Positions 31,261 through 41,826 of a stretch of DNA of 64,000 bases are shown in pieces (position 1 is the stretch's first letter; each line of letters opens with the position of its first letter). Source of the DNA: Bacteroidota bacterium (GTDB lineage Bacteria > Bacteroidota > Bacteroidia > JAIBAJ01). The stretch lies in assembly GCA_947475205.1 (NCBI GenBank), contig CANJNG010000004.1, positions 2,769 to 66,768 on the forward strand, written 5' to 3'. Both the position numbers and the translations under genes were made by a program. The notes below the pieces were generated by a model, which saw only the letters and a list, made by a program, of their open reading frames with translations, did no database searches and was not told the origin of the DNA.

Positions 31261-31791
31261 ATGACCCCACAACGACAAAAAGAAATAGAAACCCTACTTA
31301 AATCTCGCCACTCCGATGTGGTTTTAGACACACTTGACTTAATCCGAAAAGAGGGTAATTCCAATTTGATATTACCTATGGTTCAATTGCTAAATGACAC
31401 TGATAGCCAAGAAGTGATTGAATCTGTTCTAAGTATTCTACGATTCGTGAAAACGCAAGACGCTGTACCAAAATTGGTTGAAGCCATTGCCGACCCCGAT
31501 TCCTTTTTGAACCGTTCTGTATTAGTTGCAGCCTGTTGGGAAAGCGGATTAAATTTTGACGCACACCTAAATTTCTTTGTTGATTTGGCTCTTTCTGAAA
31601 ACTATTTAGTTTGTTTAGAGTGCATTACGCTAATTGAAAATACCGGAAATGATATTCCAGAAGCCGATTTGTTAGCCAATTGGTCGAAAGTGAAAAAGCA
31701 CATTCAGCCATCCGAAGACAAAAAAGATGAACTTTTAGTGGCACTTTTGGCCGTATTAGATGAAAAACGTAAACTTTCTTTACAGAATTAA
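31261..31791 (+). CDS. Hypothetical protein (alpha-helical, possible HEAT-like repeats)
   Basis: 176-aa ORF that starts 10 bp after the previous gene. No motif was recognised. Confidence 0.45.
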   Translation: MTPQRQKEIETLLKSRHSDVVLDTLDLIRKEGNSNLILPMVQLLNDTDSQEVIESVLSILRFVKTQDAVPKLVEAIADPDSFLNRSVLVAACWESGLNFDAHLNFFVDLALSENYLVCLECITLIENTGNDIPEADLLANWSKVKKHIQPSEDKKDELLVALLAVLDEKRKLSLQN

Positions 31792-31796
31792 CCGCT

Positions 31797-31810
31797 GTTC
31801 CACGTGGAAC
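31797..31810. promoter_or_regulatory. Perfect palindrome TGTTCCACGTGGAACA (copy 1), 20 bp upstream of mnmG
   Basis: An identical 16-mer recurs at 33709-33724, directly downstream of mnmG and upstream of the methyltransferase gene. Confidence 0.5.
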
Positions 31811-31829
31811 AACCAATATAAACCGAACT

Positions 31830-33701
31830 ATGTTTCCTGAATACGATGTAATTGTAGTTGGTGCCGGCCATGCTGGATGTGAGGCTGCTGCTGCTGCTGC
31901 CAATTTGGGGAGCAAAACCTTATTGGTTACCATGAATATGCAGACTATCGCCCAAATGAGCTGTAACCCTGCTATGGGAGGCATTGCCAAAGGCCAGATT
32001 GTTCGCGAAATTGATGCTTTGGGCGGTTATTCCGGAATAGTTAGCGACAAATCAGCTATTCAGTTTAAGATGCTTAACCGCAGCAAGGGGCCAGCAATGT
32101 GGAGCCCCAGAACGCAAAATGACAGAATGCTTTTTGCGGCTGAATGGCGTTCTATGTTGGAGAAAACTCCAAATCTTGATTTTTGGCAAGATATGGTTTC
32201 TGGTTTGATAATTAACAATGGAAAGGCTTACGGCGTTGTTACTGGAATGGGGCAACATATTCGTTCTAAATCTGTTGTTCTTACAAATGGAACATTTTTG
32301 AACGGAATTATTCACATTGGAGAAAAGAATTTCGGTGGTGGAAGGGCTGGAGAAAAAGCTGCAACCGGAATAACAGAACAATTAATCGATATTGGTTTTG
32401 AAGCCGGCAGAATGAAAACGGGTACACCTCCTCGTGTAGATGGTCGTTCGTTGGATTACTCTCAAATGATTATTCAACCGGGCGATGAACAACCGGATAA
32501 ATTTTCCTATACAGACACCAAACCGCTAACAACTCAAATTCCTTGCTGGCTTACGCATACTTCAGATGAAGTTCATGATATTTTGCGTACAGGTTTTGAT
32601 AAAAGTCCAATGTTTTCAGGAAGAATTCAGGGATTGGGGCCACGCTATTGCCCTTCAATTGAAGATAAAATTGACCGTTTTTCGGACAAGAATCAACATC
32701 AAATTTTTGTAGAGCCGGAAGGATGGGATACTGTTGAAATATACGTTAACGGTTTCTCTACATCACTTCCAGAAGATGTTCAAATGAAAGCCCTTCGGAA
32801 AATTAAGGGTTTCGAAAAGGTTAAGATGTTTCGTCCGGGATACGCCATTGAGTACGATTACTTCCCTCCTACCCAATTAGGTTTAACCTTAGAAACAAAA
32901 TTATTAGAGAATCTTTATTTTGCTGGTCAGATAAATGGCACAACCGGTTATGAAGAAGCGGCCTGTCAAGGATTAATGGCAGGAATAAACGCTCATCGTA
33001 AAGTTCACACTCAAGAACGCTTTATTCTTACTCGTTCCGATGCATATATTGGTGTTTTAATTGATGATTTGGTTACAAAAGGAACGGAAGAGCCTTACAG
33101 AATGTTTACCTCTCGTGCCGAATTTAGGACACTTCTACGTCAGGATAATGCCGATGTTAGACTGACCCCAATCGGCTATAAACTTGGTTTAGCCAGCAAA
33201 GAAAGAATGGATAAAGTGGAAACTAAAATTGCTGAATCTGCTCGTATCGTTAAGTTCTTTAAAGAAACGAGCGTTTCCCCTGATGAAGTAAATATTGGTT
33301 TAGCTGCCTTAAATTCAAGTCCAATCAATCAGAAAGTGAAACTTTCCACCGTACTTTCCCGTCCCCAAATTTCAATTGAATTCCTTAAAGAAAACTCAAA
33401 TTCAGTTAAGCAGCTGCACGATTCTTTAGGGGCTTCTGCAAACGAATACTTTACCACTGCTGAAATTCTAATGAAATACGAAGGTTATATTCACAAGGAA
33501 GAAGAAATGGCATACAAGCTGTCGAGGTTTGAAAACATTGAGCTTTTTGATAACTTTAATTATAACGGTTTGCAATCTTTAAGTACAGAAGCTCGCCAAA
33601 AACTTACTCGAATTCGTCCACGCACACTTGGTCAAGCTAGCCGTATATCAGGTGTTTCCCCTTCCGATATATCCGTAATATTAGTTCATATTGGTCGTTA
33701 G
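31830..33701 (+). CDS. mnmG: tRNA uridine-5-carboxymethylaminomethyl(34) synthesis enzyme MnmG (GidA)
   Basis: The FAD-binding N-terminus reads YDVIVVGAGHAGCEAA. The protein is 623 aa with a conserved C-terminal domain (RPRTLGQASRISGVSPSDISVIL). Confidence 0.95.
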   Translation: MFPEYDVIVVGAGHAGCEAAAAAANLGSKTLLVTMNMQTIAQMSCNPAMGGIAKGQIVREIDALGGYSGIVSDKSAIQFKMLNRSKGPAMWSPRTQNDRMLFAAEWRSMLEKTPNLDFWQDMVSGLIINNGKAYGVVTGMGQHIRSKSVVLTNGTFLNGIIHIGEKNFGGGRAGEKAATGITEQLIDIGFEAGRMKTGTPPRVDGRSLDYSQMIIQPGDEQPDKFSYTDTKPLTTQIPCWLTHTSDEVHDILRTGFDKSPMFSGRIQGLGPRYCPSIEDKIDRFSDKNQHQIFVEPEGWDTVEIYVNGFSTSLPEDVQMKALRKIKGFEKVKMFRPGYAIEYDYFPPTQLGLTLETKLLENLYFAGQINGTTGYEEAACQGLMAGINAHRKVHTQERFILTRSDAYIGVLIDDLVTKGTEEPYRMFTSRAEFRTLLRQDNADVRLTPIGYKLGLASKERMDKVETKIAESARIVKFFKETSVSPDEVNIGLAALNSSPINQKVKLSTVLSRPQISIEFLKENSNSVKQLHDSLGASANEYFTTAEILMKYEGYIHKEEEMAYKLSRFENIELFDNFNYNGLQSLSTEARQKLTRIRPRTLGQASRISGVSPSDISVILVHIGR

Positions 33702-33709
33702 GCAAAATT

Positions 33710-33723
33710 GTTCCACGTGGAAC
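33710..33723. promoter_or_regulatory. Perfect palindrome TGTTCCACGTGGAACA (copy 2), between mnmG and the methyltransferase gene
   Basis: Same 16-mer as at 31796-31811. It lies 11 bp upstream of the 33734 start. Confidence 0.5.
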
Positions 33724-33733
33724 ATTCTATAAA

Positions 33734-34615
33734 ATGGAAAAAATAATCTCTTGTCCGATATGCAAAAAGTCGGAATTTCAATCATTTCTAAACTGCAAAG
33801 ATTACACTGTAAGTAATGAAACTTTTAGCTTAGTTCAGTGCAAAGGCTGCGAATTTGTGTTTACAAATCCTCGACCAGAGCTTAATGCTATTGGAAAATA
33901 CTACGAAAGCCAGGATTACGTTTCGCATAGCGACACGAATACCGGACTAATCAATTCGCTTTACCAATTTGTAAAGAATTATACAATCGGCAAGAAAGTA
34001 AAGTTAGTTGATTCACTGTCCCAAAACAAAGCTATACTAGATGTGGGTTGCGGGACTGGGTCGTTTCTTGGTGCTTGCAAAAATGCAGGATGGCAGGTAT
34101 CGGGCGTTGAACCAAACTCAACTGCCTTTGAAAACTGTAAAAAGAATTTTAGCTTTACACCACAAACATACTTTCAGGCCGAAAACTATAAAGATGGTTC
34201 TTTAGGAATTATCACTATGTGGCACGTTTTAGAACATGTGCATGATTTGGACTATTATTTGTCGTCGTTTCATAAATTATTAGACAATAATGGAGTTCTG
34301 ATAATCGCTGTCCCTAACTTAACGTCTTATGATGCAATAGATTACAAAGAATATTGGGCTGCTTACGATGTTCCAAGACATCTTTGGCACTTCTCTCCAA
34401 AAGCAATTTCTCAGTTATGTTCTCAATATGGTTTTTCCGTAAAACGCACATTGCCAATGTGGTTCGATAGTTTTTATGTAAGTATGCTGAGCGAGAAGTA
34501 TAAAAATGGTGGCAATATTTTAAAGGCGTTCTTGATTGGATTTGTTTCAAACCTAAAAGCTTTGCTGAACCCGGGTACATGCAGCAGCCAAATTTACGTT
34601 TTTGTTAAAAAGTAG
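33734..34615 (+). CDS. Class I SAM-dependent methyltransferase with N-terminal Zn-ribbon
   Basis: Cys pairs CPICKK...CKGCEF form the ribbon. Motif I is ILDVGCGTGSF. Confidence 0.75.
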   Translation: MEKIISCPICKKSEFQSFLNCKDYTVSNETFSLVQCKGCEFVFTNPRPELNAIGKYYESQDYVSHSDTNTGLINSLYQFVKNYTIGKKVKLVDSLSQNKAILDVGCGTGSFLGACKNAGWQVSGVEPNSTAFENCKKNFSFTPQTYFQAENYKDGSLGIITMWHVLEHVHDLDYYLSSFHKLLDNNGVLIIAVPNLTSYDAIDYKEYWAAYDVPRHLWHFSPKAISQLCSQYGFSVKRTLPMWFDSFYVSMLSEKYKNGGNILKAFLIGFVSNLKALLNPGTCSSQIYVFVKK

Positions 34616-34799
34616 CTTTTTGTGGAGAATGCTTGCTTTTTGTGCAATTTGAAGTGGTTTACTTAAAACCGTCGTACTTTTTGAAAATTTACGTTGTTTT
34701 AAATTGACTCATTAACCCGCTGATTTATTAGCCACTATGTGATTGAAAGTCGTAAAACATACCCCAAACAGTGTAAATACCTACTTTTACTATAAAATC

Positions 34800-35438
34800 A
34801 TGAAAACAGCACTCCTTATTGGCAGCACCGGATTGGTGGGTGGACATTTGCTTCATCAACTTTTGAAAGATGAGCGATATGAATTAGTTAAAACCCTTGT
34901 GCGGAAACCGGGAACGATAAAACACGAAAAATTAGCCGAAGAAGTGGTGGACTTCAAGCAATTAGAAAAGTATGACTTGACCTCAAATGATGTGTTTTGT
35001 TGCCTTGGAACCACCATAGCCGTGGCTGGTAGTCAGACCGCATTCCGAAAAGTGGACTATGATTACCCTCTCGAAGTAGCAAAAGCCGCCTTAAAAAAGG
35101 GTGCAAAGCAGTACATTTTGGTGAGTGCTATCGGGGCAGATAAGAACTCTAAGGTGTTCTATAGCCGGGTGAAAGGCGAATTAGAAGCAAGTATTTCCGG
35201 TTTAGGCTACGAAACATTCGTATCGGTTCGGCCATCATTTCTGCTTGGCAACAGAACCGAGTTTCGAATTGGAGAAAAAATTGGAATTGGGGTTGCAAAA
35301 TTAATTGAGCCGCTAATGATAGGAGGTTTGCGAAAGTACAGAGGAGTAGAAGCCGAAGAGGTGGCAGCAAAAATGCTTCGAATTGCCCATAAGGATATAC
35401 CCGGAATTTATTTTGTGGAATCCGATGAGATCGGTTGA
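34800..35438 (+). CDS. NAD(P)-binding Rossmann-fold oxidoreductase (atypical SDR/NmrA-like)
   Basis: From the internal Met the sequence reads MKTALLIGSTGLVGGHLL, a GxxGxxG-type dinucleotide fold. Length is about 212 aa. Confidence 0.65.
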   Translation: MKTALLIGSTGLVGGHLLHQLLKDERYELVKTLVRKPGTIKHEKLAEEVVDFKQLEKYDLTSNDVFCCLGTTIAVAGSQTAFRKVDYDYPLEVAKAALKKGAKQYILVSAIGADKNSKVFYSRVKGELEASISGLGYETFVSVRPSFLLGNRTEFRIGEKIGIGVAKLIEPLMIGGLRKYRGVEAEEVAAKMLRIAHKDIPGIYFVESDEIG

Positions 35439-35539
35439 TCTTCTTTACAAATTGGAACGCTAATGACACGAATTAGGCTAATTAAAGCGAATAAGAAATG
35501 GCATTAATTTCTGATAATTTGCTCAATTAGCGTTCCCAT

Positions 35540-36412
35540 TTATTCTTCTTTCAATTCAGAATCCTGAATTAAATTATCCCAAACAGCATAAAACAGACAC
35601 AACATCACAATAACTGTGATTCCTTCCACAGGACCCATAATGTGGTAGCGGGCTTTGGTAAAGGAGTGAATAGTCCAAAAATTATCAGGATTCTGCATTT
35701 TGTTAAATGCAAAAACTGTGTTTGAGTTTTGAGTAGAAATATATTGGGCTAAATAGCCGGAATTGATGGCTAAAGCGGTTACTGTTAGCAATCCGAAAAG
35801 AAAAAGAATCTCCGGTTTTGCCCACAACGATTTGTTTGAGCATTTTGGATAAATTCCAAAAACAGAAAGGGTAACCAATGCAAGCCCGCTACCCAGAATA
35901 TCCATAACAATATCATTGAATTCGTAATACATGACATATTCCGGATAAAGCAGGATATATTGATTCCATTCGTCTAGAAGCATCACAGGAAGGGCAAAAA
36001 CTATGGCGAAACCCACACTACGGCTTAGGGCAAACAACAGATAAGCCAATAGCGAAAACTCAATGGAGTGAATAATCTCGATATTCATTTCAAACATTAC
36101 TCGGCTATGAATAACGATGAACAAAAGAGTGAGAAATAAATATACAAGTTTCTGTTTCAGAAATTGCCGATCTTTCCGAATTTGAAGCACAATAACTGTA
36201 AGAAACACACCCATTCCTAATAAACAGCCAGTTCCAACAACTTTATTAAAAATCGGAAGCGAAAGCCCATTCATTATCCATACAGATATATTCACCATTG
36301 GGTTATGCATCTCCAAAATGAACACGGAATACAGAAACACAAGTATTACCGTAATGGCTGTATTTTTAGATAACCAATTGGTCAATCGGGATAAGAGGGA
36401 AGTGAAATACAT
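35540..36412 (-). CDS. Hypothetical polytopic membrane protein
   Basis: 290 aa with about 8 hydrophobic segments. No motif was recognised. Confidence 0.45.
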   Translation of the reverse strand: MYFTSLLSRLTNWLSKNTAITVILVFLYSVFILEMHNPMVNISVWIMNGLSLPIFNKVVGTGCLLGMGVFLTVIVLQIRKDRQFLKQKLVYLFLTLLFIVIHSRVMFEMNIEIIHSIEFSLLAYLLFALSRSVGFAIVFALPVMLLDEWNQYILLYPEYVMYYEFNDIVMDILGSGLALVTLSVFGIYPKCSNKSLWAKPEILFLFGLLTVTALAINSGYLAQYISTQNSNTVFAFNKMQNPDNFWTIHSFTKARYHIMGPVEGITVIVMLCLFYAVWDNLIQDSELKEE

Positions 36413-36483
36413 TTGGGGTAAGTCAAAATTACGATTTCAGATGGAATAGTCCCTGACAACATTAAGGACTAATTAATTTACCA

Positions 36484-37365
36484 TTGAATCAAAGAGCAAA
36501 CCTCCGATTTGTTTTCTTTGCCAAAGTAGTTTTAGTTTTGGAAAAGATATTTCTATTTAGTGTTGATTTAGAAGATGTCCGATTAGGGATACCTTATGGG
36601 TTACAATACAAAGACCGCTTAGCGGCAAACACAATCGCCTATCTAAACTGGCTTAGAAAACATACTTTTAAGTGTACTTTTTTCACGGTGGGAAACGTGG
36701 CTGAAAAGTATCCATCTCTGATTAATGAAATTACCTCAGAAGGCCACGAAATAGCCAGCCATACACTTTCTCATATTCCGTTAGACCAACACACACCCGA
36801 AACATTTAAAGCCGACCTGTCGCAAAATATAGAATTATTGCTTAAGGCCGGAGCTAAAAGCGTTACCGGATTTCGAGCCCCGACCTTTTCCTTAACTGAA
36901 AAAACAAAATGGGCGTATCGGATTCTAAAAGAATTGAATCTAACCTATTCCAGTTCGGTGCTTCCGGCAGATAACCCTTTATATGGATGGAAAAACTTTG
37001 GTTCACAGCCTCGGAAAACGGATGAAGGAATACTGGAAATACCAATGACGGTGGGGAATTTTGGCCCTTTAGTTATTCCGTATGGCGGGGGGGTCTATTT
37101 TAGAATATTGCCGGAATTCCTCATCTCCCTGAAAACAAAAACGCATACTTCAGTGCAAAATCCTCTATTGGGATATTTCCATCCTTACGATATCGACACT
37201 GAGCAGGAGCATTTTATGCATCCGGGACTTAACAACAGCAAAGTGTATAATTACCTAATGTATTATAACCGTCACAAGGTTTATAATCGGCTTGAAACGC
37301 TGGTGAAACAAGGATTTAGCATAATGACCTATAGTGAATACGTTGGAAAACATTTATCAATTTAA
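36484..37365 (+). CDS. Polysaccharide deacetylase (NodB-homology) family protein
   Basis: The NodB-like motifs FFTVGNVAEKYPSLINEITSEGHEIASHTLSH and HPYD are present. The start is uncertain. Confidence 0.65.
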   Translation: MNQRANLRFVFFAKVVLVLEKIFLFSVDLEDVRLGIPYGLQYKDRLAANTIAYLNWLRKHTFKCTFFTVGNVAEKYPSLINEITSEGHEIASHTLSHIPLDQHTPETFKADLSQNIELLLKAGAKSVTGFRAPTFSLTEKTKWAYRILKELNLTYSSSVLPADNPLYGWKNFGSQPRKTDEGILEIPMTVGNFGPLVIPYGGGVYFRILPEFLISLKTKTHTSVQNPLLGYFHPYDIDTEQEHFMHPGLNNSKVYNYLMYYNRHKVYNRLETLVKQGFSIMTYSEYVGKHLSI

Positions 37366-37368
37366 GCA

Positions 37369-38187
37369 ATGTCGTATAGCTTTCAACCGACCGCAACCTC
37401 CCCCGAAAAGCTTAAGGAATATTCCGTTTTGCTCTCGACAGTTTTCCCCGAAAGCAAGAGGTTCACACCAGAATTCTTAAACTGGCAGTATGTTCAAAAT
37501 CCTAACGGAAAAGTGGTGGGATTTGATGCCTATTTGAACAACGAATTAGCAGCACACTATGTAACAATTCCTGTTTTGTATGCCATACATGGTAAGCCTA
37601 CAATGGGTTTATTGTCGTTAAACACAGCCACACATCCCAATCATCAGGGCAAAGGATTATTTACACAGCTAGCCAATAAAACATATGAACTGGCCCAGGA
37701 ATTGGGTTACGAATTTGTGATAGGAGTTGCCAACGCAAACAGCACTCCGGGTTTTCTAAACAAATTGGGCTTTAGGCTGGTGGGGCAATTGGAGGCAAAG
37801 CTCGGAATTGGAACCATCAAGCCTGGAAATGCAGCATATCTTCTTAAGTCTATTTGGACACATGAAAGTCGGGAATGGCGAATCAAAAACCCGGATAAAC
37901 AGTATTATATTGCTAATAACATAATTTTTACCGATACAGACAAACCCTTAATCTATGCTATTATGGGGCAAAGCCAAAATGTAGGGGAATCGCCAAAGAG
38001 AATCATGCCCTTGAAGGTTTGGATAGGCTTGGATGCCGGTAAAACAATAAATGGTCTGTTTGTTAATATTCCGGAGAAACTAAAGCCTTCGCCCCTGAAT
38101 TTAATTTTCAAAAGGCTAAACCCAGCTATCTCTTCTTTCCAACTCAAAGATGTATATTTTGAATTGATAGATTTTGATGCTTATTAG
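37369..38187 (+). CDS. GNAT-family N-acetyltransferase
   Basis: The acetyl-CoA-binding core is HPNHQGKGLFTQL...GFLNKLGF. It starts 4 bp after the deacetylase gene, so it is probably co-transcribed. Confidence 0.55.
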   Translation: MSYSFQPTATSPEKLKEYSVLLSTVFPESKRFTPEFLNWQYVQNPNGKVVGFDAYLNNELAAHYVTIPVLYAIHGKPTMGLLSLNTATHPNHQGKGLFTQLANKTYELAQELGYEFVIGVANANSTPGFLNKLGFRLVGQLEAKLGIGTIKPGNAAYLLKSIWTHESREWRIKNPDKQYYIANNIIFTDTDKPLIYAIMGQSQNVGESPKRIMPLKVWIGLDAGKTINGLFVNIPEKLKPSPLNLIFKRLNPAISSFQLKDVYFELIDFDAY

Positions 38188-38216
38188 CAATTTGCCATTA
38201 CACTAATCAAAAAACC

Positions 38217-39269
38217 TTACCGGGTTACATACTGGTCGCTGTAATATTTTTGGTAATCGCCGCTGGTGATGCGGTTCAGCCATTCTTCGTTAGCCAAATA
38301 CCAATCTACTGTGCGTTCCAAGCCTTCTTCAAATTGTAAAGATGGCTTCCAGCCCAATTTATTTTGAAGCTTTGAAGCATCAATAGCGTAACGCAAATCG
38401 TGGCCTGCACGGTCTTTTACATACGTTATCAATCCTTCGCTGGTGCCGGGTTTGCGGTTTAGTTTCCTATCCATCACCTGACAAAGCAAGAGTATTAAAT
38501 CAAGATTTTTCCATTCGTTGTGTCCACCGATATTGTAGGTTTCACCATTTTCGGCTTTGTGGAAAATCAAATCAATAGCCGAAGCGTGATCTTCTACAAA
38601 TAACCAATCCCGAACGTTTTCGCCTTTTCCGTAAACCGGTACAGATTTCATATTCTTGATATTGTTGATGGCTAAGGGAATCAGTTTTTCGGGAAAGTGA
38701 TGGCTACCGTAATTGTTGCTGCAATTCGATATAACAGCAGGTAAACCAAAGGTATCGCTATATGCCCTCACCAAATGGTCGCTGCTGGCTTTTGATGCCG
38801 AATAGGGGCTGTGCGGGTCGTAAGGTGTTTCTTCGGTAAAGAATCCGGTTTCACCCAACGAACCATACACCTCATCGGTAGAAACGTGGTAAAAGCGTTT
38901 CCCTTCGAAGTTTCCGGCCCAGAAATGCTTGGCGGAATTCAATAACGCAACTGTTCCCACAATATTGGTTTGAATAAACTCCATTGGGTTCGAGATACTT
39001 CTGTCCACATGGCTTTCGGCAGCAAGATGAATAATGGCCGTAATATTATTCTCGGCCAGAGTTTTCTCTACAAATGCAGCATCGCAAATATCACCCTTTA
39101 CAAAGCTGTAATTAGGCTTACTCTCAATATCACGCAGGTTTTCGAGATTTCCGGCGTAAGTGAGTTTGTCGAAATTTACAATTTTATAGTTGGGATAATT
39201 GTTTACAAAGCGTCTCACTAAATGAGAACCAATAAACCCTGCTCCGCCAGTGATAAGAATGTTCATCAA
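38217..39269 (-). CDS. rfbB: dTDP-glucose 4,6-dehydratase
   Basis: MNILITGGAGFIGSHLVRRF..., a YxxxK catalytic region (YSASKASSDHLV), and the extended SDR fold. Confidence 0.9.
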   Translation of the reverse strand: MMNILITGGAGFIGSHLVRRFVNNYPNYKIVNFDKLTYAGNLENLRDIESKPNYSFVKGDICDAAFVEKTLAENNITAIIHLAAESHVDRSISNPMEFIQTNIVGTVALLNSAKHFWAGNFEGKRFYHVSTDEVYGSLGETGFFTEETPYDPHSPYSASKASSDHLVRAYSDTFGLPAVISNCSNNYGSHHFPEKLIPLAINNIKNMKSVPVYGKGENVRDWLFVEDHASAIDLIFHKAENGETYNIGGHNEWKNLDLILLLCQVMDRKLNRKPGTSEGLITYVKDRAGHDLRYAIDASKLQNKLGWKPSLQFEEGLERTVDWYLANEEWLNRITSGDYQKYYSDQYVTR

Positions 39270-39309
39270 AAAAGATAAGTTATGAGTTATAAATTATAAG
39301 TGGAAACGC

Positions 39310-40329
39310 TTACTTTTTGCTTGACAATTGCTTCTCCCATTTCCAGGATGAGGCTAAGGCTTCTTCAAGTGTATGCTTGGCTTTCCAGCCCAGTTCATTG
39401 TTGGCAAGCGTAGTGTCGGCATACACTTTGGTAATATCACCATCGCGGCGTGGAACAAATTTATAATTGAGTTTTTGTCCACTTACTTTCTCGAAAGCAT
39501 TAACGGCTTCCAATACCGAATTGCCTGTGCCTGTACCGATATTAAAAACCTCGTAAGCTGTTTTGTTATTATTTTTCAAAAGTCGCTCAATAGCCACAAC
39601 GTGAGCATCGGCTAAGTCCACCACATGAATATAATCACGAATGCACGTTCCATCGGGGGTGTCGTAATCGTTTCCGTAAATGCTTAGCTCTTTACGTTTA
39701 CCAATGGCTGTTTGCGTGATAAAAGGAACAAGATTATTTGGAACGCCTCGGGGCAATTCGCCCAAAAGTGCCGTTTCGTGTGCCCCAACTGGATTGAAAT
39801 ACCGAAGTGCGATTCCTTTTAAATTGCTGCTCGCCACGGCATCTTGCAAAATCTGTTCACAAATTTGTTTGGTGTTTCCGTAAGGCGAAGTAGCTTTTTG
39901 CACCGGATGGTTTTCGTCCACCGGAAGATATTGGGGTTCGCCATACACCGTGCAGGAAGAGGAGAAAACAATGTTTGCAACTTTGGTTTCCTGCATACAT
40001 TCCAGAATATTTACCAACGAAAGCAGGTTATTCTTGTAATAGCCTAATGGATTTGAAACGCTTTCGCCAACTGCTTTATGTGCCGCAAAATGAATAACTG
40101 CTTTTATGTCGGAATGGAGTAAAAATAACTTTTTCAGGTCAGAAAGGTTGCAGCAATCTATTTCTGAAAAGTAAGGACGGCTTCCGGCTACTTGCTCAAT
40201 TCGGTCTAAAATCCACTCTTCCGAGTTGTTTAGATTATCCACCACCACCACATCATAGCCTTTTTTTAGCAACTCAGCAGTTGTGTGTGAACCAATATAG
40301 CCGGTTCCGCCCGTAACAAGTATTTTCAT
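39310..40329 (-). CDS. galE: UDP-glucose 4-epimerase
   Basis: MKILVTGGTGYIGSHT..., with the YGNTKQICEQIL YxxxK motif. Confidence 0.9.
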   Translation of the reverse strand: MKILVTGGTGYIGSHTTAELLKKGYDVVVVDNLNNSEEWILDRIEQVAGSRPYFSEIDCCNLSDLKKLFLLHSDIKAVIHFAAHKAVGESVSNPLGYYKNNLLSLVNILECMQETKVANIVFSSSCTVYGEPQYLPVDENHPVQKATSPYGNTKQICEQILQDAVASSNLKGIALRYFNPVGAHETALLGELPRGVPNNLVPFITQTAIGKRKELSIYGNDYDTPDGTCIRDYIHVVDLADAHVVAIERLLKNNNKTAYEVFNIGTGTGNSVLEAVNAFEKVSGQKLNYKFVPRRDGDITKVYADTTLANNELGWKAKHTLEEALASSWKWEKQLSSKK

Positions 40330-40343
40330 ATTTATCAGCCGCT

Positions 40344-41642
40344 TTATAGCGACCAGTAAGTCAAATCATTGATTTTCCCTTTGTAAATTCCTTTTACATC
40401 TATCACAATTCCATCGTTTGAAGAGAGGGCCTTGAAGTAGGCTTCGCTCAATTTTGCATAAGCGTTATGGTTTACTGCTACCACCACTGCATCGTAGTCT
40501 TTGCCGGGATTTTCTATTAAACCGAAACCATATTCATGTTGCAATTCCTTGCTGCTTGCGTGCGGATCAACCACATCTACCTCTACACTGAACGATTTAA
40601 GCTCGTTTATTACATCAGCAACCTTGGAGTTACGAATATCTGATACGTTTTCTTTAAACGTGGCCCCCATCACCAACACACGGCTCTTGCTGATGTCTTT
40701 TCCTTTTTTAGAAATCTTTTTAACGGTTTCCGAAGCAATGTATGCTCCCATACCATCATTTACAGCTCTTCCTGAAATAATTACCTGGGCATGATGCCCT
40801 TTTTGTTTAGCTTTATAGGTGAGATAGTATGGGTCAACGCCGATGCAGTGTCCGCCAACTAAACCGGGAAAAAATTTCAAGAAGTTCCACTTGGTTCCGG
40901 CAGCTTCCAACACATCGTAAGTGTTAATTTTCATTCGGTTAAAAATCATCGAAAGCTCGTTCATCAAAGCGATATTTACATCGCGTTGTGTGTTTTCTAT
41001 AATCTTTGCGGCTTCAGCCACTTTTATAGAACTGGCTTCGTGTACACCAGCTTCTACAACAATTTTATAAGTATCGGCAATGTTTCGCAACGATTCTGCA
41101 TCGCAGCCCGAAACCACTTTCATAATTTTAGTGAGGGTATGTTCTTTGTCGCCGGGGTTAATACGTTCAGGAGAATAACCAACTTTGAAATCTTCCAAAA
41201 ATTTCAATCCTGAAACTTCTTCCAATACCGGGATGCAATCTTCTTCGGTACAACCGGGATAAACGGTAGATTCATACACCACATAATCACCTTTTTTGAG
41301 GGCTTTTCCCACTGTGCGACTGGCGGCCAAAAGCGGCTTTAAGTCGGGAAGATTATGTTCATCGATAGGGGTAGGAACGGCTACAATATGGAAAGTTGCC
41401 TGTTTCAACACTTCAATAGAATTTGTGAACTCAATATCACGACCAACAAAATCCGACGCTTCCAATTCCTCGCTTGGGTCTTGGTTATTCCGCATCATTT
41501 CCAAGCGGGCTTCGTTAATATCAAAGCCTATAACATTGATTTTTTTGGCAAATTCTAAGGCAATTGGAAGGCCAACATATCCAAGGCCGATAACCGATAA
41601 TTTTGTTTCCTTCTGTAAGAGTTGTTCGTAAATACTTGACAT
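40344..41642 (-). CDS. Nucleotide-sugar (UDP-glucose/GDP-mannose family) dehydrogenase
   Basis: The N-terminal Rossmann motif is VIGLGYVGLPIALEFA. The catalytic Cys region is GGHCIGVDPYYL, and a C-terminal UDP-binding domain is present. Confidence 0.85.
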   Translation of the reverse strand: MSSIYEQLLQKETKLSVIGLGYVGLPIALEFAKKINVIGFDINEARLEMMRNNQDPSEELEASDFVGRDIEFTNSIEVLKQATFHIVAVPTPIDEHNLPDLKPLLAASRTVGKALKKGDYVVYESTVYPGCTEEDCIPVLEEVSGLKFLEDFKVGYSPERINPGDKEHTLTKIMKVVSGCDAESLRNIADTYKIVVEAGVHEASSIKVAEAAKIIENTQRDVNIALMNELSMIFNRMKINTYDVLEAAGTKWNFLKFFPGLVGGHCIGVDPYYLTYKAKQKGHHAQVIISGRAVNDGMGAYIASETVKKISKKGKDISKSRVLVMGATFKENVSDIRNSKVADVINELKSFSVEVDVVDPHASSKELQHEYGFGLIENPGKDYDAVVVAVNHNAYAKLSEAYFKALSSNDGIVIDVKGIYKGKINDLTYWSL

Positions 41643-41826
41643 TAATTTAGGTGTTTAGTTTGGGGGGGCGAATATCGCTAAAAAATTGAAAAATGTGCAG
41701 CTAAGGGCGAAGAAAACGAGAAACATCCCATGCAATATGGTGGTTTTTGAAATAATTTAACAAAACTTCCTGCTCTTTTTTAGCTGGATTTGTAAAATTT
41801 GGACCGGCTAAAAGCCATTCCTATAA

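Noticed and set aside
35470-35560. 15-bp inverted repeat (AATTGGAACGCTAAT / ATTAGCGTTCCCATT) separated by 61 bp between convergent genes
   Set aside because: The loop is too large for a terminator hairpin, and the right arm lies inside the C-terminal coding sequence of the 35540..36412 gene. It is probably coincidental.
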